From IMG/VR virus record IMGVR_UViG_3300032266_000694, positions 57 through 64,056 of that record: DNA of 64,000 nucleotides, one strand, 5' to 3'. The notes beneath the pieces are model-generated. The model saw nothing but the letters and a program-made list of their open reading frames with translations, ran no database searches and had not been told where the DNA came from. Origin of the DNA: a virus. Its lineage: Duplodnaviria > Caudoviricetes. Positions 1-12,000 of the stretch are shown here, piece after piece (the first letter of the stretch is position 1; each line of letters starts with the position of its first letter). Made by a program: the position numbers and the translations under genes.

Positions 1-3000
1 TTGATGTTACCGCTCAAGAAAGCATTGAGAGAATTCTGCAATCCGTTTGTAGCGATATAAGATTTAGCATCAGCAAATTGTTGTTCGCGGGGTACGGATT
101 GGTAGTACCAAGCGTCCAAAAGTTTATCCTTCACTTTGCCTTCCGGGAGAACGTCAACGAACTGCGTGACGATATTCTTTACGGCTCGGCTCTCACGAAT
201 CTCGGGGGCCGGAGCAACCAGCGGGGAAACCATATTTACGGAACGAAGTTGTACGTTGGGTCCCCAATTTCGTTTTGCTCTCTCTACGGCTTGGAGAAAA
301 TTCATCCCACGAATAGCATCGGAAGCCCATGTATTTCCGTTGTCAGAAGATATTTCTAGCTGCAAGGAATAGGGATATTTTGTTTCGTAAAAACCTTTTC
401 CTTCTTTTCCGCTGCCTTCTTTCGGAAAACCTAAAAGCTGATTTTCTACATTTTCGTAATTTGTTTTAATTTTTCTCAAATCAGAACCGACTGGAGCATC
501 CATTTGCTGATCCTTGGTTAGTCCTCGTGAATAGAGCTTAGTACTTGGATTTTTACCGCTCTCTTTATACAACAACCTCTTGAGTACTTCTGGATTTTGC
601 TTGAGGTACTCAGCTCGGAGTTTAACTGGACTCAATCCTTTGCCTTGATATTTTGCCTCAAACGACTCTGGAAGCATTGCGTTTTGCATGAAATCTGTGA
701 AAGCATCCTCTCTTTGTTGCCCATAAAGACCGCCTCTAGGCAGAGCCTCTACTGCCTTTGCCATTGGGGATTCTTGGCTTAACGCCGATGTAACCTCCAT
801 CAGTCCTCGTGAAAATAGGGAGAGTTGCTCCATTTTGGGAACTTCGACCTCTGGTACTGCCGACTGCTGTTCTAGGACAAGATTCTCTGGCTTTGTGCTT
901 GTCTCCACTTGCATGAGATCTGACTGGAAGGCGATTCCAGGCCATTTCTCTTCACGAGCCTTGTTCATCAGCATCGTGTAAAGAGTCTCTTCTTGAGAGG
1001 ACAACTGCTGGGGAGGTATCGGACGATAATAGCCGTCGTCTTCCTTCTGGTAGGATCCGTGCTTTTTCTTGTGTAGCTGTAGGAGCTTGGTCTTTAGGAC
1101 ATCAATGTTGTTCCTGTCCTTATCTTGGATTTTGATGCCTCGGGCAAACAAGGTGGCCTGTTCCAGCTTTTTCTCGACGTTCCCTTGGCGAAGATTTTCA
1201 ACCATCTTCATAAAGTCGAACGGCTGGCTGGATAGTTCCAAAGCGGCCGATTGCCCTTGGGTCAGAATTGTCGGCTTGATTGCCGAGTTCTGAATCATTG
1301 CGTTCCTAGCTTCTTGAGGAAGTTCGGCCGCCAAGGCTTGCATGTACTCCTTGAGGTTTCCGTTGATCTCAATTCCAGCTTGTCCTGGTATCGATGCCAT
1401 CTCGGTTTGGAAACGATTGTCGCTGTACATTTCGGTAACGAATTCGTGAATGTTTCCAAGGCCGTAGTAGATCGAGCGAACCTTCTGTGGGTCAGTCTGG
1501 ATGTCTGTGACCTTTGTTCGGAACATCGGGGCTGTCGCACGAACCTTGTAAGATGCGTAGAAGAGAGGTTCTAGGTCTTGCTGGCGGAGTTTCTCAATAC
1601 CGCTTGGGGTTAGAACAAGGGTCGTGTTTTGCACTCCGCTTGTTTCCATTCCGCCCAATGCCTCTTCATCCGTCTGGTTCAAGAACACAAAATCTGGGGA
1701 TCCCTTGGAGGCGACAAGGCTCATTCCAGAGTTCCGACCCATTGGTCGTGTTCCTTCCAGCCCTCGATTTTTGAGATATTTGAGGAGGGGGAAGGTGTTC
1801 TCGCTGGTGATCTCGGCCTTCATGTGAATCCCATCCTGTCCAATAGCCCATTCGTATGGGGCCATGTGCAGGGTCACATCGTAGGTAGATGCCAATCCAG
1901 TCCCGAAAACAGCGTCTGCCACAGGGTTGCCAGCGGTATCTTTGGATGCGTTGACGGCCGCCAAATAGGCCTTAATCAGAGCTTTGAGTGGTTTGTATCC
2001 GCCCTTGCTTCCGCTTGCCAATGGCAGGGGATTACCCTCCGCATCCATCTCGATATCTGGGCGGTTTGCGTACTCGACAAGTCTATCCAGCTCCTTCTTG
2101 CCTGTTGCCGTACCAATTCCTTCTTTCACTAAAAGGTTATGAGTCAGAACGTGCTTATACTCGTGGATCGTTGTTTCAATCGGTTCACCGCTGTTCTTGA
2201 TTCCATTAAGGCTCAATACGACCATTCCGTTACCTTCTTTGGATGGCTTGTAGTACGACCTTACAAAGCTCGGATCTGGATTGATTTCGGCTGGTACATA
2301 AAGCCCAGCGGTCATCATGCTTTGCTTGGTGTTTGGCGTAGTAAGCAGTTTCGCCAAGGCTCTCTGGCTCGGTAGTGCGTCTGGCTCGTTCGCAACGGCT
2401 GTGAGGAGATCCCTAAACAGGACGCTATTTCCAGCGTTGCTGTCCAGATAGTTCACCAAACCACGAGAGAACAGAGTCATCTGACCCTTGGTTTCTTCAA
2501 TAGCCTTAAAGCCTTCCATCGGGCTGGCTTCATTAGGGTCTTGATCTTCTCTTGCTGTAGGAGCTTCGATCCCTAAGAAATTTGCGTACTTGGCGAGCTG
2601 GCCTTTGAGGCTTTGGATATGCTTAAACGTCCAAGATCTGTCTGGAGCGACTTCGCCATCGAGGTTGCCCACGTTCCTAGATTTGTAGGCTTCGGGAGTC
2701 TCGGAGATCTGCTGATAGCTCGCCCCGCTGACATACATCATAAAGATCTTCCTGTCGGAATCGGCCAGCGAGGCCATGACCTTTTCGAGCTTGTCGTAGA
2801 GTTCCTTGTTGGATTCTGGGGCTTCTTTTTGAGCCATGTAGTCGCCCACGGAGGCTTCTTCTTGTTCGACATCGCCCTCTTCGTTGAATGTCCCGCTTAT
2901 CGGAGCGTCTTTAGAAATGGTCTCACGGCTCTTGGCTTCTTCTTGCATCTGCTTAATGCGGTTATCAACGGCAGACAGGATGAAGTTAGGCACGTTCTCG

Positions 3001-6000
3001 ATTAGTTCGCCCTTGGTGTTTTGTCCGTGACGCTGGTTAATCTGTGCCTGTAGGGCGATTGCGTAGTCGTATAGGTTCTGGTGGATTTCGTCTTCTCCTA
3101 AGTTTCCAGCTTCGAGCCATCCGTCATCCGATGCCTTCATCGCCTTGTAGCGAATGTTTCTTCCGATGACTCCTTCTGGGGAGAAGTCTTTTGCGTTATC
3201 GTCGGTCAAGAATCCTTCGACGATTTGCTCTTTGGCTCGGCCTTGACCAGCTTCACGGCGTAGACCTCTTGAGCGTAGCGAGAACCCATTCTTTGGTCCT
3301 CGATACATCCAAGCATCATGTCCTTGATTGATTTTAGCCACGATCATCGTTGCGATGGCGTTGCTGTTGTCTAATGCCTCTTTCCTGTAACCCTCGTTCT
3401 TATCATCGAGGAATGCTTTGTCTGGGATGTAGAGGCTTTGCCCAGAGATCATTGACCCGTCGCTGAACACAACAGCCCGAGGTCTGCCTTCCTCGTCGAT
3501 AATGTTATCCATTACCTTGCCGACAGGGCCAAGCAGGGATCCTTGGCCTTTGGCTACTTCTGCCTTGAGATTGACTAGGTTGTCGGAGTTGACCCCAGCG
3601 GGCATCACTACGCCAGTTGTCTTGCCACCATCCTTGGTTGTGAAGGTGGTGACCGCCGCTGGGACATTAGCCCCGAACATAGAGGAAACGAAATTCGCCC
3701 CTGTGAGGAGATTGCCCTCGACCACAAACTGGTCTCTCTGGGTCGCATTCTGCCTTGATCTATCGTAGGTCTTGCCGAATCCGTCACCCTTACGGCTTTC
3801 GGGCATCTTTTCCTCAACGTATCTATTCCAAGAATCTGGATCTAAGGCGTTATCTCCAGTAGTAAGCACCTTGTTGATTGCCTCGTTGAATACTCGGTTC
3901 TCGATCTCAGATTCTTCCACTCCGCTCTCGTGCATCTGAACCGCCATCTCGTATGCAACTGCATTAACCTCTCGCAGTTGCTCTGCGGGAAGAGTGTCCA
4001 CGCATAGAAGGCGAGGCCCGCGCATAAAAACGACCAGACCAGATCCGTCCGTGTTGCGGTAAATGCCAACTGGCAAACTTAAGGGGTCTACGCTTGGGTC
4101 ACGAGTAGGAGCTTCGTTTTCGCCGATAGGTGTCTTATCCAGAGAGACCTTGAAGGGATTAACGTGAGCGAGTTCCGATGCCTGTAGAGGGATTCGGATC
4201 TTGTTCTCGAACCCAGAGGTTTGGATGACTAGGTACTGCCGACTTTCGGCGTGAGGGAAGCGGTTGTTCAGCTCAACACCTACGACATAGGCGGGGATCT
4301 GTTTTGTATCCTTGCCGAACCAAGCTCCCTTGCCAACGAGGTCTAAGGCTCGCTCCACATTGTACTTGGTCTGGGCGTACTGCTTCCGAGACTTCTCCAA
4401 AGCTCTTACCTTTGCCATTTGCTCCATCCGTGGGTTGCTTGAAATACGGGCCAGCTTGTCCTTTAGGACAGAGTCGCTGGCTTTTAAGAAGTCTGATACG
4501 GCTGTTTCGGCCTGTTGTTTGGCCTGTTCGAGGGTCGGGATTACCTCTGCCGAGGTCGGAGGAGGGGTCGGGTTATTGAATCGGTATTTTGCAATGCGGG
4601 CGGGCTTTGCAAATGCGTCTTTACCAGAATCTTGGTTTGTTACCTTATTTTCTATTCTTTGGCTTTCTTGGTAAGCCAGCCTTGTTTGCGCTGATAGAAT
4701 TACATCTTCCCATGTTGTGCTGTACCTGTCTGCATTTACCCACTTGTCTCCGTCTTTTGTCATAAGAAGCTCATATCCGCCCTTAATCTTGCGAACCTTA
4801 AACTTGTAAAGTTCTGACCAAGCCTGTTCTTTTTCTAATGGGATTGAAATCGTTACTTGCGTCCCAACATCCGCTCTGTCCATGGGATTGTTCGCCTTAA
4901 TTGGCTCAAGGTATTCTTGATATTGTCCGATTTCGTCCATTTGTACCACGGACTCTTTTGCTTTTTTGTAATCGGCTGGTGATGGTTCATAGCCAGCGGC
5001 GATCCCATACGCATCCCAAGCCTTTTCGTCAGACAACTTCTCGGCCTTGTAGTCTTTTTCTTGTGATTCCAGCTCGTAGGTTCCGTTCTGTTTAGCGAAA
5101 TCCACCATGGCAACGTATTCGGCTGTGATTTCCTCGAAGAAATGTCTCTGATCCTCGATATCCAAGATCAAGGCCTTGTGGATCATCCTTCGCATCCCAT
5201 CCCCTGGCTCACCCGAAGTTAGGATCTTTCGGATATCCTCAAATTTCTCGGGGAAGTTGGTTCCAGCTCTGGTGTTGTAGGCCGTTCGTAGCTCTGGTTC
5301 GTTTGCCAATACAAGGGCAACGGCGTTGTCTCCGTAGGTATTGAGCATATCCAGCCCAAGGTTCTCGCCAGCGGCCGTGACGTCCTTTCCAGTCGTAGAC
5401 GCACCGAGACGGCGCATCTTCTTCTGGGTCATCGCCATGATCCGCACTTCGGCAGGGATGTCCTCGCTGTAGATGTAGACAAGTTTGGGCGCACTTTGCT
5501 GATTGTTGCGGTTTGTTCTGCCCAAAACTTGGATTGTATCGACGATATCGGGAGCTGGTTGCATCACGATATGGGTTCTGGGAGCTGAACTCTTGTTGCG
5601 GGGATCGTCGTGTGCCGAAAGCCCAGTCGAGCCAGTTCGGCTGACGATCAGAACCTTCGTCTGGTCATTGTTACGGAAAGCGATTAGGGAGTTTTGCTTG
5701 TCTTGGTCGGTGACGGATCTCTGCGAGAAAGCACCAGAGGGGGTGACTGCGATGTCCCGACCCGATATCTCGGCACTTAGGATCTGCCGTCTTTGCAGTT
5801 CAGCACGCAGGGCATCAAATGGGCTGATTGGGAGCTTATTGAGGGTCTCGGCATTGTCCTTGATAATTAGGGCTAGATCCTTGAATCCAGTCTCCATTAA
5901 GGAGTCGTGAAGCTCGATGGACTTTTGACTTACCCAGCTAGGGATGTTGGACTTGCCGTTGGTCTTGTTCCAATCAATCGTGAATTCAAGGGCAGGGGCT

Positions 6001-9000
6001 TCGCTCTTTTCATCCGCTGGCTCGATCTTGACCTTGTTTGTGTTGAGCTTCCTTGCGTACCTCTCCATAAAATCCTTAAAGGTGACCTTCGAGACCTTGT
6101 CGTAGCTCTGAAGGGTTCCGCCCTCCATAATCTCCTTTGCATCCCGAAGGAAGGCCTCGCCAGTCGTATCCATTGAGATGAACACCTTGCGACCAGCTTT
6201 GATTTCAGCCTCGGCCAAGTCTGCTGTGTCCTTGATTTTAGCTCCAAGAACCATGTTGGCGGCGACATTGTGGAACTGGCCAGAAAGGGGATAGATAAGG
6301 GCTTTTGCTTCCGTTCCGTCGTAGGCTTCCTGTGCATCCTGTACGAGCTGTTGGGTCAGCTTCTTCATCTTTTCGCCGATCTCGATCTGCCTCATTTCCC
6401 CGAGGATTTCGTTGGCGGCATTATGGGCATCAATGACCTCTTGCTTGGCTTTGATCGGGGATGGGATGAATGGGATCTTCTGACCCTTCCAAGTAAATCC
6501 GCTCTGGAGGCGGAACATCTGGCCAGCACGAGACAGCATACTGCTGGTCATCTGCATGAATGGATTGCCGAACCGCTTGGCGAGTCTCTCGAACTCACTT
6601 GCGGTAGGAACAGCCATTGGGATGCTGGTCTTGGGGAAGTATGTGGCGATGTTGGCTGGGCTTTTGATAGCCGTTGCCGAAGAGAACACCGCTCCTCGTG
6701 ATCTTGGAATTACGCTTCTAAAGAATTCGCCGATAGAGCTGTCTGTTCCCGCCGCATTGTGGCTCTCGTCCAAGATAAAGATCGCCCTGTCTGCGATTGC
6801 ATTAAGGGCAGGGATAACATCCTTCTTTGCCACCGAGGAGATCTGGGCATAGGTCGTAAAGACTGCGTTATGCTCGCTTGGCATCTTGCCAGTCTGTGCG
6901 GTGAGTCGGAGCTTCTGGATCGGGTTCTTCATCGTAACTGGGCGACCCTTGCTACGCATCGAACTCCAGTTGTTATTTGTGATGAGCGGCTTGATCTGCC
7001 CCTCGAATCCTACGTCCTCGATGTCATCAAGCATCGCTGGGTACAAAGGCTCGGATTTTGTTACAAAAACAGGAATTAGACCCTTTTTGAGGGCATAAAC
7101 GGCCATGATTGACCCAACGATGCGACCCTTACCAACACCCATCTCGTGTCCGATAGTAAGGCTTTTGCCTTTCTCAATCTGATTGATGGAAAGGGCGATG
7201 GTCTCCAAGGCTTCTGCCGAGAGTCTTTCCTCGCCGTCATCCCGCTTGAAGATCTTATCGACAGGGATCCCGATCATCTTTGAGACGTACTGCGGGATCG
7301 GGCCGACCTCTTTAACCAGCTCGTTAATAGCCGAGGTCTGTTCGGGTGCGAGGTTGGCAGGGGCTTGAAGACCTAAAGAGTAGTAGCCATCAATCTTCTT
7401 GGATTCTTCTTCTCCAACTGGAGTCCAGCTCTCTTGTAGCTCGGCCTTTTCTTGGTCTTTGTCGATCTGCTCTTCCCGAGGATCTGGGGCAGGGAGGCCT
7501 CTGGAGCTTAATCTGGTTTTAGATAGGGTCTTCTCGACGGCCTTTTGAGCGGCACTTTGGATTGTTTGTCCAAATGTTTCCTCTGAGGCAATGGGTACAG
7601 GTTCGCCAAATATGTCCGTACCGCCCATGTCCTTGAGGTCTTGGATCTTGGCTTCCAGCTCTGCCGCCAGATTGTTTAGGTAGCTGGAGAGCTTTGCGCT
7701 GGAATCTCTGAAATCGTAAATAGGCTGGAAGACATCGGCGGAAGTCTGGTCGAGGATATTTTCCGCAAGTCCAGGGATCTGGCTTCGATTGTTCTCAACG
7801 AAAGACTGCCAATCCTTGGGAGTGTTTTCTCCGCCAGACCTCTTGGCCTCCAGATAGGCCTGTAGTGACTTGGCAATCGGAACAAGCGGGTCGAGCTGGG
7901 ATGCTTTTTCTGCACCCAGAACCTCTGTGGCTATCTGCCGTAATGAAACAAGTCGGGCAACTGATTTCGTTAGGGCGGCGGCCAAAGTCTTTACCCCAGC
8001 GTTGCTGTTTTCTGGGTCGGTAATGGCGGAGATGATGATCTTTTCGGAGTCTGTAATTTTGCCGTTATTGGAGCTGGCAATCGCATCAGCGAGAAGGGCA
8101 GAGGTTACTCGATCCTTGAAGGACTTTGTGAAGGTCTCGTCGTTGTTCCTGTACTGCTGTGGTGAACCAAATATCTCAAAAAACTTCTGCTGAATCGCCA
8201 CATTATCGGGGGTTTCCGATAGATCTCCGTTTTCGTTTTGCTTGATATCTCGGAGTTCTGGGTTGTCTTGTATTTCACGAGCATCGGAGACGGCAAGCTC
8301 TTCAGTCGCCAAAGTCCCTGTGTTTGCCCTTACCGCAAGCCTCCTCAAGAACTGCTCTGGCGTTTTGTTGACGCCCAACCCAGTTGCCGTCTTGTTGGAC
8401 TCTTCAAAACTCGCCATTAGATCCATCTCGGTGACCACAATCGGCATCTTCATAGATCGGATCTGTTCGGCCATTTCTGGGAACTTCTCCATCAGCTTGG
8501 CTCGATAGGCGGCCGCCCGCTCTGGGTAGCGACGGAACATTTCTATCATTGCCTTGATCCGTCCGTGACCGCTTACGATTTCGTTCTTATCGGTAAGGAT
8601 GGGTGCGCCGTCTCCTGTAGATGTTCCTGGCATCGCTTTGTCTGGATCCCAGTTGCGAGCCATGGTCTCAATCTGTGTTTTATAAGCATCCCGATCTTTT
8701 CGGTTTCTTGGCTGGATGTCCGTGCCTTCCATGTCCTTGGCCTCGGTGGCCTCGATAATTTTGGGCGTCCCGATAACTGTTGACCCAGTAAAGCCCTGCG
8801 TGAATGCCTTGATCGTATTCTTCTTGGGTGTCGGTGCGGGCTTGTTTTCGCCCATCATCTTCTTTGCCACTTCTGATGGATCTATGATTACTGCTCCGTT
8901 TTCATCCAAGAAAGAGTCGCTCTCTGGATTCATTAACACTTCCGAGACGTTAACCTTGATTACCTCACGGAATTTCTTCCCAGCTTCTCTTGCTTCGGCT

Positions 9001-12000
9001 TCGTTCATGCCAGTCGCATCCATAACAAACTTCAAATATTCAGCGTCTCTTTCGCTCGGATTGCGCTGGGCGATGATATAAAGAGCCTTGTCGATATCGT
9101 TGTTAAAGCTCAGTTGAAATAGATTAGATCCGAACCCATAGCGGGGTTTTGCTCCCGCTAGGTAGCTTGGGAGTTTTGGTAGTCCATTTGTAGTTGGGGC
9201 TGGGGGGACAGGCGGAGCGGGCGGAGCGGGTGGCTCTGGTGGGACTGGAGGAGCGGGTGGCTCTAATTGTTCTTCTGCTGTGGCAGGGGCGGTAGGCCTT
9301 GGGTTTGCTCCAGTTGAGGGAAGGTTAGGCTGAACTAACCCACCAGACCTTTTGCCTGTAATCGACGCTGGCGGGACTCCGAGTCCAGCCCAGTCCACCT
9401 TCTTGCCTTTGAGTACATCTTGTATCTTGTTAAGGAGGTCATCCAGTTCTGCTCCGACTTGCGGATTTGCGCTGGAAAGAGCCTTACGCATCCGACTCAA
9501 GGCTTTGTATACGGCCATTAAGTACTGCTTAATTTGACCGATAAGATCCTTGATTTTTACTCCGACAGCTTTTTCTCCACTTGGATAATTGCCCTGTGAT
9601 GCCTGTCTAAGTTCAATTCTGCTTTCTGTTAAGCCACCTTTGGCTTCTATTGTTCCAAGTTGTCTGAGCATCTCGCTCATTACTTGCATCGTCTTTACTT
9701 CGTCTCCAGCAAGGTAGTTTTTGATTTCGCCTACACCCGCTGGCGATCCATCGAAGTCCGTATTTGGATCGTATAAAGAAATGGAGGAGATCAGCGCTTT
9801 TAATACTTGTGTGTCGCTTTCGCCCACCTCCAAAATTTTGTTAAATAAATCGTTCCTACGCTTAACGTGATAAGAGGCGTACTGGTCTGGGCTTAACCCT
9901 TTAGCTTTTGCCTCCTGTATTGAAACTGCAAAGTCTCCAATGTGTAGAACCTCTTCGCCAAATGCCCTGTTGTTAATCTCGGCATCTTGCGAGTCTTGAA
10001 ACTTAAAGTGCGTTGGATCGACTCTTAATGAAATTGAACCATCATTACTGATGCTCGCTTGCATCGACGTTCCGCCGATTTCACCTTCTTCGTAGTTAAG
10101 CCTTATTCCATCAACGGATAGCCCTTTTGCCAGCTCGGAGGTCTTTGCTTTTGCAGACTCAATTCTTTCGATTGATGTTGTGCCAGCCAGTTTGTTGCCA
10201 GACCTTTGAAGTAGCTTGGTTGGAGTGTTTTCGAGAAGGGGCTTCTCAACCTTTTCTGGTTCGTCTGAGGATCCTTCCGTAGCTCGCATCCCAAGTGCTT
10301 CAACCCTTGCCTCAATGGCGGGGATCATGCTCTTGATGTTTTCGTAATCGATGATTGAGGGGACGTTCTTAAAGAAATCTTCGGCAAAACTTGGATTTAG
10401 GATCGTCGCTCCGTCTTCTCGTGTCTGGAAGATCGGCATTCCCTTGATCTTGTAAGACCCCATCTCCTCGGTTATCTGGCCTCCAGTAATGATGTAAGAG
10501 GCCGCTTTTGCCGCCTCTCTCTGGCTCAATTCACTTTTAGATGCAGGGACGTCAGATAGCTGGCTGATCTCATTACGAGTGTTGTTTTGGGCTTTTGCCA
10601 ATGCAGAGATTGTTTCAGCAACGTGCGCTCTTACTGCGAAGTACTCCATCTCGTCGGCGTTCTCCTTGAGCAAATCCAGCTTGTTGCCGATATTGATAAG
10701 CCTGTTTGCGGGCTTGAGGGCTTCGGGTTCTGGTTCGCTCTTAGATAGTTCGCTCTTAGATTCAGTTCTCCCCTTTTCGATTGCTTGAAGAACTTTTTGT
10801 ATATTTTGTCGTAGTCTCTCGGGCGACTCGGCTAGACCTTTTTCAACTGGTGTTACCCCGATTTCACCTAAACCCTTATTAATTGAATTTCCAGACCCAA
10901 CTGGTTTTCCGCTTGTTTGTGTGCCTAATTGTGCGTCCAATCTCTCTGCCATCGCTTTTAACTCTGGGGAACCATAATAAGCGTTAATTTGTTCCTGAGT
11001 TCCCTTGTTGATCCAACCATCTGCGCCAATACCAAAAACTGGGTACCATTTACCTGCCTTTACGTTTTTCTTACCAGCGTATCCAGTTGATCTGTAAAAC
11101 GGAATTTTAACCCCGTTAACATCGACAACCACCATCTCTCGATCCGCAAAACGAACTACTTTTGACTTACCGCTAGTCTTCTTTACAGATTGAGTAGCCT
11201 CATCCCATTCTAGATTATTTTCGTAAGATATTTCTTCAAGGTTAACTTCTGGCGTTAATGTAGGAGCGACAGCTTCTGCAACTTGCCCAGCTAATGGCCT
11301 TGCGTTAAGGACAACATCAGAAGGGGATCCAGATCCTTGGCTGTTTGCCCAAGCCTCCCATCCTCCTGGTTCAATGTCTGCCGTGGCTTTTTGAAGCTCG
11401 AACGATGCTCCTTCTTGGGCTTCGTCAGTTGCACCGATCGTGTTAATGAACTCCTGTCCGAACATGACGCTCTTCTCGGCTCCCGCTGTTACTTGAACTG
11501 CAAGACCTCCAGTTGCGGCCGCAATGATAATGCTCCGTGCCACTTCCTCGTTTGGGTCTCTGGCGGGGTCATAGTCTGCAATCTCAATGGCAATCTGATT
11601 GAGCCATCTCTGCTGGAGTCCTTCGGTAACGCCTTCTACTGCTCCACCCTTGATTGACGGCCACAAAAACTTTGACGCAGACAGGGCATATTTAGCCAAT
11701 AGGTTTCTGGCTTGGGTGGCTGGGAGCTTGGCGAGGGCGAGCTTTTTGCCCAATCCCAAGGTGAACTTGTCTGAAATTGTATCAATCCCTGCGGCGGGCA
11801 GAGCGTAGGTCAATGCGGCAACGTGGCTCTGGCTAGGGGTTAATACTATTCCAGTCTTTTTCTGGGCTTCCTCTTGGTCGGCGATTGCCTCGGCATACAG
11901 AGACGAGACATTCCCAAGATATCCAACAGCACCAGACCCAATAGGCCCAAGCGGAGCGGAGGCAACGTAGGTCATCATCTGAGCTGGAAGCTCTGAAATG

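Noticed and set aside
519-813. CACGAGGACT inside the giant gene resembling the early promoter motif
   Set aside because: Spacing is wrong and there is no GCAAC; it is explained by codons for SRGL.
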